DNA from: Alphaproteobacteria bacterium SS10
Lineage (GTDB): Bacteria; Pseudomonadota; Alphaproteobacteria; TMED2
Length of the DNA stretch: 64,000 nt
Reading direction: 5' to 3'
Assembly (NCBI GenBank): GCA_019192455.1
Contig: JAHCML010000008.1
Span: forward strand, 638 to 64,637
A program made the translations under genes and the position numbers. How positions within the stretch are numbered: the first letter of the stretch is position 1; every line of letters starts with the position of its first letter. The notes below the pieces were generated by a model. The model had not been told where the DNA came from, did not search any database, and saw only the letters and a list, made by a program, of their open reading frames with translations. Positions 49,561-58,105 of the stretch are shown piece by piece.

Positions 49561-50799
49561 ATGAAGCCCCGGTACATTCGTATTCGAATTGCCGTGCTGT
49601 CGATCGTTATGCTGTTGATCACGGCCTCACTTGTGACGGTGAGCGTCAAATGGGTGATCAGCAGTTTTGAGTTGGCGAGCCAGATCCAGGAGCGTGAGGC
49701 CCAAACGATCTTTGAGGCCTCGGCTGCCGAGCTGAACAACACCTTTGGCCGGGCCCCGGCAATTCTGAACAAGTTTTCGAGCAACATGGCTGTCGGCGCG
49801 ATTAGCTATACCGATCTCGACAAGCTGGCCGTGTTGTTCGCTACCGAACTGCGAAATGCACCGTTTTTGAGCTGGGTTAGCTACGGCACCCGGGAGGAGG
49901 GCTCGTTCGTCGGGGCCACCCGGCGTGGTGATGACATCGTAATTAATATGTCGGTTCCGTCGCGGGAGCAGGGCCGAACCCAGGAATGGGTGTTTGAGAA
50001 GAACGGGGAATGGCGGCCGATTGAGGCGCTGGTGCCCGCTCGGTTCGATCCGCGTGGTCGCGAATGGTTCTACCAAGGCTATCTGAGGCCCGGCGTGTCA
50101 TGGACCCGCCCCTATGAATTTCGAGAAGGTGGATTGGGCGTCACCTCGGTAAAGGCCATGCTGGGTGGCTACCCGCCATCTTGGGTCGGCACCTTAACCG
50201 CTGATTTCAACATCAATTCGATTAAGCAGCGGCTGTATTCCATCTCATCACAGTTTGCTGGTTCGCTGCTGCTGGTCGTGCGTGGGAAAGAGGATGTCTA
50301 TGTCTCAATCCAGGGCGACGACGGGCCCTTTATATCGGTGCTGAAAGACTTATCCGCCGACCGTGAACGGCTTGAGGGGCAAGGTGAGATTGATATCCCA
50401 ATGTCCTCTGACGGAGGGATGGATCGTTTCTTCTACGCTGCATTTCCTTTGGACATTATTGAGGGGCTGAACAAGCAGGTCGGCACCCGCATGCTGGCCT
50501 CGGCCACGACACTTGAGGGGTCAACGGTCGATCAGCAATGGCGTTCCATCGGCCATTATCAGTTCGTCGGTAAATCCAAGCCGCTTGAGATGTTTGAGGC
50601 CTTGCATACCGATGGTGATGAAGATCGCCTCGATGCATTTGCGGCCTGCCTATATGCCTGTCGCCAGAGTAGCGGCGAAGCGGAGGTTATGGTGGCCGCG
50701 TTTACCGAGAAGTTCGGTGAAGACAAGGCGCTGACCCTCCACTTGACCCAAATCAAGGCGGGCCACGGCAGCGACGTTATTCTACTGCACAAAAAGTGA
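49561..50799 (+). CDS. membrane-anchored Cache-domain sensor-like protein without recognisable output domain
   Basis: N-terminal TM (LSIVMLLITASLVTVSV), Cache-like DPRGREWFYQGYLRPGVSWTRPYEF...GLGVTSVKAM...VGTLTADFNINSI, no second TM. ~130-aa C-terminal region of unknown type. Confidence 0.55.
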   Translation: MKPRYIRIRIAVLSIVMLLITASLVTVSVKWVISSFELASQIQEREAQTIFEASAAELNNTFGRAPAILNKFSSNMAVGAISYTDLDKLAVLFATELRNAPFLSWVSYGTREEGSFVGATRRGDDIVINMSVPSREQGRTQEWVFEKNGEWRPIEALVPARFDPRGREWFYQGYLRPGVSWTRPYEFREGGLGVTSVKAMLGGYPPSWVGTLTADFNINSIKQRLYSISSQFAGSLLLVVRGKEDVYVSIQGDDGPFISVLKDLSADRERLEGQGEIDIPMSSDGGMDRFFYAAFPLDIIEGLNKQVGTRMLASATTLEGSTVDQQWRSIGHYQFVGKSKPLEMFEALHTDGDEDRLDAFAACLYACRQSSGEAEVMVAAFTEKFGEDKALTLHLTQIKAGHGSDVILLHKK

Positions 50800-50809
50800 A
50801 GACGGGACC

Positions 50810-51166
50810 ATGAGCAAAATTCTAGATCGTCGGCTGATCCCAGCCGGTACCTACATCTTCCACGAAGGTGATGAGGCGCGGACCGCCTATCTGATCGCCT
50901 CTGGCAAGGTCAGCATTGAAAGGCAGGTAAACGGCGAGACCGTTCACCTCGTCACCCTGACCAAGGGCGGCTTCTTCGGGGAGATGGCCCTGATCGATGG
51001 CAAGCCACGTTCGGCGGACGCGAAGGTGATCGAGAATGCCGAGATCGTCGCGATTGATGAGTCGACGTTTGAGAAGAACCTAGACCAGCTGAATGACTTT
51101 ATGCGTGCCTGGGTCAACATGCTGATGACCACCATCCGCCGCCTAACCAATCGGGTCGATAGCTAG
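50810..51166 (+). CDS. stand-alone cyclic-nucleotide-binding domain protein (paralogue of 19327-19740)
   Basis: FHEGDEARTAYLIASGKVSI...GEMALIDGKPRSADAK...LNDFMRAWVNML; ~45-50% identical to the 19327 protein. Starts 10 nt after the Cache gene stop. Confidence 0.75.
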   Translation: MSKILDRRLIPAGTYIFHEGDEARTAYLIASGKVSIERQVNGETVHLVTLTKGGFFGEMALIDGKPRSADAKVIENAEIVAIDESTFEKNLDQLNDFMRAWVNMLMTTIRRLTNRVDS

Positions 51167-52680
51167 TTCCCGCCAAAGCCTGGGGGCAGTTTGCCAGGGA
51201 AGCCTGGTGGCATACCGCCACCGCCCAGCAGATTGCCGAGGCCCTTGCCGCCGCCCATACCACCGGCCTGGGCTTGCTTCATCAACTCGTCCATCTGCTC
51301 TTGGGTGACGCCCTTGGGCAGTTTGCCGCCTGGCATACCGGGCATTCCACCAGGCATGCCTGGGAAACCACCCTTCTTGGCCATCTTCTTCATCTTTTTC
51401 ATCATGCCCTGCATCTGCTGATGCTGTTTGATCAGCTTATTGATGTCAGGCACGGGCACGCCAGCACCGGCGGCGATGCGGCGCTTGCGTGAGGCGTTGA
51501 GCAGTTTTGGATACTTCCGCTCCCGTGGTGTCATGGAGCGGACAATGGCGATCTGCCGGTCGATCTGCTTATCGTCGATATCAGCTTCGGCCATCTGTTT
51601 CTTGATCTTGGCCGCACCGGGCATCATGCCCATGAGCCCCTGCATACCGCCCAGCTTCTTCATCTGTAACAGCTGGTCGGCGAGGTCTTGCAGGTCGAAC
51701 TGACCCTTCTCAAGCTTGGCGACCATCTTGGCCGCGTCTTCCTCCTCGATAACCTCGGCGGCGCGCTCAACCAGAGAGACCACATCGCCCATGCCAAGGA
51801 TGCGGCCAGCGACACGTTCAGGGTGGAACGGTTCAATCGCGTCCAACTTCTCACCCACGCCAAGCAGCTTGATCGGCTTGCCGGTAACCGCACGCATGGA
51901 CAGCGCGGCACCGCCGCGGCCATCACCATCAACGCGGGTCAGCATGATGCCGCTGATGCCAACGGCCTCATCAAACTTCTGCGCGGTATTTACCGCGTCC
52001 TGACCGGTTAGGGCATCGGCAACGAGCAGGGTTTCAGCCGGGTTGGTGGCATCGCGGACGGCCTTAATCTCGGCCATCAGCTCTTCATCGATGGATAGGC
52101 GGCCGGCGCTATCCAGCATCACCACATCATAACCCTCAAGCCGCGCGGTCTTCAGGGCGCGCTGGGCGATGGCGACGGGCTCTTGCCCCTCAATAATTGG
52201 CAGGGTGTCGATATTGAGCTGTTCACCAATAAAGCGCAGCTGCTCTTGTGCCGCTGGGCGCCGCGTATCGAGCGACGCCATGATCACCTTCTTCTTGTCC
52301 TTCTCGGTTAGAAGCTTGGCGATCTTACCGGTGGAGGTGGTCTTACCAGAGCCCTGCAGGCCAACCATCAGCACCGGTACCGGTGGTTCTGCGGCGAGCG
52401 TCAGGCCTTCCGTGGCCTCGCCCAGGGTCTCAACCAGCGTGTCATGGACAACCTTGATCACCTGCTGGTCTGGCTTGACCGAGCGCAGGACCTCTTGCCC
52501 GATGGCGCGTGGCTTTACATCGGCGATGAACTGCTTGGCAACAGGCAGGGCGACATCAGCCTCAAGCAAGGCGATGCGCACCTCGCGCAGCACGCCCTCA
52601 ACATCGCTCTCGGTCAGGGCGCCGCGTTTGCCAAGGCGTTCAAAGATACCGCCAAGGCGGTCGGAAAGACTGTCGAACAT
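51163..52680 (-). CDS. ffh: signal recognition particle protein Ffh
   Basis: MFDSLSDRLGGIFERL, GLQGSGKTT, M-domain with Met/Gly-rich tail. Confidence 0.95.
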   Translation of the reverse strand: MFDSLSDRLGGIFERLGKRGALTESDVEGVLREVRIALLEADVALPVAKQFIADVKPRAIGQEVLRSVKPDQQVIKVVHDTLVETLGEATEGLTLAAEPPVPVLMVGLQGSGKTTSTGKIAKLLTEKDKKKVIMASLDTRRPAAQEQLRFIGEQLNIDTLPIIEGQEPVAIAQRALKTARLEGYDVVMLDSAGRLSIDEELMAEIKAVRDATNPAETLLVADALTGQDAVNTAQKFDEAVGISGIMLTRVDGDGRGGAALSMRAVTGKPIKLLGVGEKLDAIEPFHPERVAGRILGMGDVVSLVERAAEVIEEEDAAKMVAKLEKGQFDLQDLADQLLQMKKLGGMQGLMGMMPGAAKIKKQMAEADIDDKQIDRQIAIVRSMTPRERKYPKLLNASRKRRIAAGAGVPVPDINKLIKQHQQMQGMMKKMKKMAKKGGFPGMPGGMPGMPGGKLPKGVTQEQMDELMKQAQAGGMGGGKGLGNLLGGGGMPPGFPGKLPPGFGGN

Positions 52681-52789
52681 GGGTGATTACACCGGCTCAA
52701 ATCGGATGGTTGCTTGAACAAGCACATGGGGGCTGGCCAAGACAAGGCCAAACACTTCCTTTGAGCCTGATTGGCGATGACGGCTGGGG

Positions 52790-53833
52790 CTAGGTTCGGC
52801 GCCGGAATTGAAGCACCTGGCCCATTTCTGGGGCTTCGGCGGCGGCGCGCTGCGCGAGGATAGCGGCCTCGGCCAGTTCTTCGCGGTATTGCTCAACTGC
52901 GGCGGCGGGCACCACACGCTTGGCATTGTTACCGATGGCGATACCGCCCGGATAATTGCCGGCGGGATCAACCTCGTCCCAGTGCCGTTGCGCCATGTCG
53001 ATGACGTTGATCACCGGCTGACCTTCGCGTGGCTCAAGATCCAGATGCTCGGCCACTTCACCGTAGAATGGCTCCATATCATCAAAGGCGCGAACCAGGT
53101 TCTGGCTGGTTAGGCCATCGATGAGGCCCTGGATCGCATTGCTGCGGGCCTCGGTCGGATCAACGGTGTCCAGATCATGCTCAAGCTTGACGAGCGTATC
53201 CGCCATGGCGAGGTCGGTTAGCATCCGCTCGCCCGCGCTGCGGGTCACAACACCAACCCAACCGCTGGGATCAGGGCGTGCGTGTAAGCCCTTGCCATGA
53301 TCGCTGCGGGCACGCCGGGCGGCCCAGGCGGTCTCTTGCAGTTCATGGGCGGTGGCGCTTGGGAAGTCCTTATGCAGCCAGCTGCGCAACACGGCCTGAT
53401 GTTGATCCAGATGGTCATCCAGGACTTTGGGGCCGTCACTGCCTGTCAGTTCTTGGCTCCAGGCGTCCAGGCGGGCTTGGGTTAGCTTACGGTACCGGCC
53501 CCGGGCATCGGCGCCAGCATCCAACAGGTGGTCGATAACCTGCCCGGCTACTTCTTGGCGCACGCTCAAGCTTTGTGCGGCGATGTGATCGAGTAGATTG
53601 GTGCTGTCGCCCATCTGTAAGGCTTCGCCCAGCGGCGCATCATCGGTGATGGCGAGGGGCTTCGGCGCATCGGGGCCACTTTGTAGGTATGTCGCTTGAC
53701 CAGGGGTGCCGGCGCCAAGCTCAGCCTCGGGCCCTGTGACCAGTCGGAACCAGCCAGCCTGCCGGCTAGGAACCAGCCATTGCTCGGCCGGGTCTTTGGT
53801 GCTGCTTCCGGGTGTTGTTCCAGGTGGCGCCAT
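52790..53833 (-). CDS. hypothetical protein, tandem paralogue A (unknown family)
   Basis: Shares WLVPSRQAGWFRLV and AQRHWDEVDPAGNYPGGIAIGNNAKRVVPAAAVEQY with the upstream paralogue. Confidence 0.5.
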   Translation of the reverse strand: MAPPGTTPGSSTKDPAEQWLVPSRQAGWFRLVTGPEAELGAGTPGQATYLQSGPDAPKPLAITDDAPLGEALQMGDSTNLLDHIAAQSLSVRQEVAGQVIDHLLDAGADARGRYRKLTQARLDAWSQELTGSDGPKVLDDHLDQHQAVLRSWLHKDFPSATAHELQETAWAARRARSDHGKGLHARPDPSGWVGVVTRSAGERMLTDLAMADTLVKLEHDLDTVDPTEARSNAIQGLIDGLTSQNLVRAFDDMEPFYGEVAEHLDLEPREGQPVINVIDMAQRHWDEVDPAGNYPGGIAIGNNAKRVVPAAAVEQYREELAEAAILAQRAAAEAPEMGQVLQFRRRT

Positions 53834-53942
53834 GGTGGCGGTCCTTCACATCCGTGATTACGGGGTCAGTGCGATTGAAGGAGGCTAATCCCGCTTCATG
53901 AAACTACCGAGTCAGGTGTTCATGATAGTTGCCGCGCAATGC

Positions 53943-54920
53943 TTAGCGGCCACCGGGTCGGCGGGCCGTTGCATCCGGTGCCGTTGCGGCTTTTGGCTTG
54001 CTGGTCACCGCGTCGAAATCGGCCTGGTCATTGACCCGAACACCCTGCGCCTCAACCACGGCGGCGGGGACGGCGCGAACCCGGCCATTGCCGATGGAGA
54101 TACCGCCAGGGAAGCGGTCACCCCCACTCACCTCATCCCAATGGCGCATGGTGAGGTCGATGGCATTCAGCCGTGCCTCAGACTCTGCCCGGGTTGGGCC
54201 GTCCATCCAGTTATCCGGGCCGCCGTAATGCACTGGCAGCTCATCAGCCAGGCGCACCAGGGTATCGGGGGATAGTTTGGTTGATAGGGTCTCAATCAGC
54301 GCGTCACCAACCGGGCCCGGCTTTCCCCCGCTGCGCATGCTGGCGGCGAAGCTGCTCAGCGCCTCGGCGGCAGGTTTCAGGCGGTCGAGGTAATAAATCT
54401 CCGGTTGCAGGTCCGTACCCTGCCAATTCTTCTCCAGCCCCTCGGCGAACAAACGCTCCCGTGCTTTATCCGCTTTCAGCATGGTGCTGGCGAGTTCAGC
54501 CTCAGCCTCACTGGCCGCATTGTCGAGGGCGGGGGACTCAACGGTCAGCGGTGTCTCAACATCGGCGCGCATCTCTGCCCGGTCCCAGAGGGTTTCGGCG
54601 AGGTCACCCATCGCATCACTCATCCGGGTCATCAGCGCGTCTGTCCGACCAGGCTTGGCGAGCATATGGGCCACCACAACCCGGGCGAGATCCTGGCGGG
54701 CGCCCTGGCTCGCCGCTGAAACACGGTGGATCAATTCGTAATTGCCGGAGGCTGAGAGAACCTGGCCAAGGCCGCTGCGCACAGGCCCTGAGAGGTGATA
54801 GAGCGGCTTACCATTGCCGGTACCCTCGCCAACCAATTTGGCCGCATCGCCATTTTGCACGCCGCGATACCAACCCGGGTTACGGGCGGGGGTGAAGAAG
54901 GCCTTCTTTGCTTTAGCCAT
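53943..54920 (-). CDS. hypothetical protein, tandem paralogue B (unknown family)
   Basis: FFTPARNPGWYRGV and MRHWDEVSGGDRFPGGISIGNGRVRAVPAAVVEAQ align with paralogue A. Confidence 0.5.
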   Translation of the reverse strand: MAKAKKAFFTPARNPGWYRGVQNGDAAKLVGEGTGNGKPLYHLSGPVRSGLGQVLSASGNYELIHRVSAASQGARQDLARVVVAHMLAKPGRTDALMTRMSDAMGDLAETLWDRAEMRADVETPLTVESPALDNAASEAEAELASTMLKADKARERLFAEGLEKNWQGTDLQPEIYYLDRLKPAAEALSSFAASMRSGGKPGPVGDALIETLSTKLSPDTLVRLADELPVHYGGPDNWMDGPTRAESEARLNAIDLTMRHWDEVSGGDRFPGGISIGNGRVRAVPAAVVEAQGVRVNDQADFDAVTSKPKAATAPDATARRPGGR

Positions 54921-55156
54921 CGATAACCTTTGGGGAGAGATGCTCTTGCCATCTAGGGCTCGAATGCCCGCACCCTATGCCAAGCGGTAGAAAGCTTTGG
55001 CACCAATATCGACCGGTCGAAAAATCGTGGTCGCTCTCAACTCATCGCCATCCCGTGATCAGCCGTGTTTGGCAGTCTTTTGCCCGGGCCCCTACCTCCT
55101 GAAGCAAGCGGATCGGCATCCAATACCGGACCGATCTAGAACCAGGAGTGGACCCC

Positions 55157-55624
55157 ATGACGACATCAACCACCAACCGCCAGGCAAAAGACTGCACCCT
55201 ATCCTGCGCCCAACCGCGCGCCTTACTCGTCGCCCTGGCGATGAGCCTCGCGCTGTTTGCCGCCATCGGTTTTGCCGCGCCGGTTAGCGCGCAGATCTCC
55301 ACCGTGGGTGATGTGGTCGCCCAGGGTCAGCTGCAGGGCCGTGGCAATTACACGGTTCAGGGCACCATCCAGATTATTGAGACACCCCAGGGCCATGTTG
55401 CCTTGCTGGCCGATGATTTCCGCTTCCGCGGCGCGCCGGACCCACAGCTGGGCTTTGGCAATAATGGCCGGGTGGATAACCGCACCATCTTTACCAAGCT
55501 GGGCAACCACAACGGGCGCCAGGCATATCTGATCCCGGCCGGCATCGACCCATCGAATTTCAGTGAGTTTCACGTCCACTGCGTGCGCTTCAACGTGCCC
55601 CTCGGCTCCGCCCGCATCAATTGA
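55157..55624 (+). CDS. DM13-domain secreted protein
   Basis: Signal peptide, then YTVQGTIQIIETPQGHVALLADDFRFRGAPDPQLGF...AYLIPAGIDPSNFSEFHVHCVRFNVPLGSARI, matching the DM13 consensus. The track ORF starts at GTG 55148; ATG at 55157. Confidence 0.6.
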   Translation: MTTSTTNRQAKDCTLSCAQPRALLVALAMSLALFAAIGFAAPVSAQISTVGDVVAQGQLQGRGNYTVQGTIQIIETPQGHVALLADDFRFRGAPDPQLGFGNNGRVDNRTIFTKLGNHNGRQAYLIPAGIDPSNFSEFHVHCVRFNVPLGSARIN

Positions 55625-55948
55625 ACTGGTGATAACGGAACCAAATCCTACCCAGGGGAACTGAGTAAAGGAGCGTCATACCACTAGCCGGTCATTGCGG
55701 GCCCCTACCCCCTTAATCCGCATCCGCAATCCCGGCAGTTCAGGCACCGGCCTCGCCTATCCCCCTCAATGTCAGGCGATGCCGGTGCCTCTCAAGTTTT
55801 AACGCCCCCGAAGCCCACCGGGCTTCAAGACCCAGATGGGGGCGTGTCCACGGATGGCCGAACCTTCGGCCTAGGCATGGGCGTCCGGTCCAGGGTAAAG
55901 CTAGGGCGGTTTCGGTTCCCCCACTCTAGCATTACGGATCAGGCGCCC

Positions 55949-56752
55949 ATGCCTCCTTCTGATACACCCTCCACCGCTGACACGGCCTCTGACAATCTGG
56001 CAGAGGATCACGGCACCCTGGTCATCACCGGTGGGTCGCGCGGCATTGGTGCCGCTTGCGCCCGGTTGGCGGCGAGGCGCGGTTATGATGTCGCGATCCT
56101 GTTCGCCAAGGATGAGGCTGCGGCCGAGGCGGTGGTCGCCGATTGCAACGCCGCCGGTGTCCATGCCCTCGCGGTGCAGGGTGACGTCTCAGACCCGAAC
56201 CATGTGACCAAGCTGTTTAAGACGGCGGCCGAGGATCTGGGCCCGGTTCGCGCGTTGATCAACAATGCCGGGATTACGGCACCGCAGGGACCGTTTGAGA
56301 GCTATACCGTCGACCGGATGCAGCGCGTCTTTGCCACCAACATCATGGGCGCCTTCCTGACCGCACAGGAAGCGGTGCGCCATATGGCCAAGCGTAATGG
56401 CGGTCAGGGCGGAGCGATCGTCAATGTCTCCTCCGCCTCCGCCCGGCTGGGCAGCCCGAATGAATATATCGACTACGCCGCCAGTAAAGGGGCGATGGAC
56501 ACCATGACCATCGGCATGGCGAAAGAGCTGGCGGGTGAGGGCATCCGCGTCAACGCGGTCCGCCCCGGCATCATCGACACTGAAATCCACGCCCTAAGTG
56601 GCCAACCCGACCGCGCCGACGAACTAGCCCCGGTCCTCCCCATGGGCCGTGCGGGTTCAGCGGAGGAAGTGGCAGAGCCGATTTTGTGGCTGCTGTCGGA
56701 TGAGGCCAGCTACATGTCGGGTGCGTTGCTTGATATTGCTGGAGCCCGCTGA
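55949..56752 (+). CDS. SDR-family oxidoreductase
   Basis: TGGSRGIGAACA, NNAG, S...YxxxK (YAASKGAM). Start at ATG 55949 inside track ORF 55769-56752. Confidence 0.8.
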   Translation: MPPSDTPSTADTASDNLAEDHGTLVITGGSRGIGAACARLAARRGYDVAILFAKDEAAAEAVVADCNAAGVHALAVQGDVSDPNHVTKLFKTAAEDLGPVRALINNAGITAPQGPFESYTVDRMQRVFATNIMGAFLTAQEAVRHMAKRNGGQGGAIVNVSSASARLGSPNEYIDYAASKGAMDTMTIGMAKELAGEGIRVNAVRPGIIDTEIHALSGQPDRADELAPVLPMGRAGSAEEVAEPILWLLSDEASYMSGALLDIAGAR

Positions 56753-58105
56753 ATATGGAAGCTCTCACTTTTGAAGATGCAGAGAGTATTTTTGATAACT
56801 TAAACAAGGCTGTAGTGTCCATACCAGACAAATTACTCTTGTTTCCTGAAGATCCTTCGCATTTTTATACTCATGGAATTGTATTTGATCTGAATGATTA
56901 GGAAAAAAAACGTAATTTTGAGAATTCAGTAAAAATAATTTTAAGAAAACTCAAATTAAATAGTGAGCTTGAGCCAGAATATTTTGATATTCAAAGAATA
57001 ATATTCAAGTGTTTCTGTCGTGTTAAAAAAAATTATCTTGGGGTGAGTGATTTACTTGAATCTCTTAATGAAGAAATAAGTAAGTATGGTGAAAAAGTTT
57101 ATAATGCAATTTTCCCATGTGGATATTTTTATTTTATTAACAAGATGATGGGATTAAGAAGCAACTATATATCTATTATAAATAAAAATTCAATAAAAGA
57201 CCTCGATGCAGATTTTAAGGTTTTTAGCGAAGCGAAAATCCCTGGAGATCATGAATGGTATTGGCTGGTCAAAAGTCGTTGTTCTGCACTCTCGTGCCAG
57301 CCAAAAGCATACTGGATGGCTGGTGTTTTCACATCTGCATTTAGGCTAGGGCTTCAGGCAAATTCAATATGCTTTCGCGCTGGTAATGGTCAGGTAGAGC
57401 CTCATCCAGATAGCAATATGTTTAATACGGTGCCCTTCTTGTGTGGCGAGCATAGTGGCAATACTTTTTACCAGGACTCGGGTGGGAAACCCTCTCAATA
57501 CTGGGTAGATGCTCCAAATAAGGCCGATTTTTATCGGGAAGATTTTCAAGATAAAATAAATAAAATTTTCCAAAGAAAAAAAGGAACTATATCTGAATCT
57601 TTATATTATTCCTTGGGTTGGTTGGCCTCTGCAAGGCAGTCTTATGATAGAGCGCACCGTGTCGTTCTATATTTTACTGCATTAGAGTCATTTTTAAATG
57701 TGGGCAAGGGATTGCCAATTTCTGATACTATATCAAGATTTTCAAGCTGTATAATAACAGATTTGAGTAATAATAGAGAAAAATACTACAATAAAATCAA
57801 ATATCTTTATAAAATAAGATCAAAAATAACCCATGCGGGTGTAAGGGAGGTTGAATTCAATGATCTCATTGCTGTTGAGGATTTTATAAATGAGGTTTTT
57901 CGAATTTCTCTTTATTTGATCGATATTGAAATGCCTATGCAAGAGTTTCACGAGCACCTTAGAAGTTCAACTCATGGAATTGATCTGAGTATCTGTTCAA
58001 GATTTAAATAGTCTCTGCTGTATGGAATGATTTTCAAGATTATTTTTGTAAGCATTACAGTCAACGATTGGCTTCAGGCAAACGGTCGAGGTTGCTGTGC
58101 CAATA
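56753..58105. other. AT-rich single-gene genomic islet (putative horizontally acquired), no mobility genes
   Basis: Composition drops abruptly to ~30% G+C (by eye) exactly between the SDR stop (56752) and the stop of the convergent gene (58106). Long A/T runs are present. Confidence 0.7.
56755..58011 (+). pseudogene. HEPN-domain protein gene (Abi/defence-like RNase candidate) interrupted by an in-frame TAG at 56899-56901
   Basis: ATG 56755 opens a 48-codon ORF ending at TAG 56899-56901, in the same frame as track ORF 57043-58011. The 47 codons between them are stop-free and contain no ATG/GTG/TTG. The C-terminal part carries the HEPN motif IRSKITHAG (Rx4HxG). Alternative reading: an independent CDS from GTG 57043 or ATG ~57145. 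Confidence 0.5.

Noticed and set aside
50400-50799. Possible degenerate class III nucleotidyl-cyclase fragment at the C-terminus of the Cache-domain protein
   Set aside because: The resemblance is limited to two short strings (...LASATTLEG...FVGKSKPLEMFEAL). Most of the region I first matched to cyclase motifs is better explained as the second half of the Cache fold. Kept only as a hypothesis to test.
51163-51166. 4-bp convergent overlap (CTAG) between the cNMP gene stop and the ffh stop
   Set aside because: Real in the sequence but a trivial consequence of the palindromic CTAG containing stops on both strands. No regulatory meaning inferred.
56753-58105. Target-site duplication / mobile element boundaries for the AT-rich islet
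   Set aside because: No integrase, transposase, tRNA or terminal inverted repeats were found. The only repeat (13-mer GGCTTCAGGCAAA) has one copy inside the gene rather than at the left boundary, so it is not a classical TSD.
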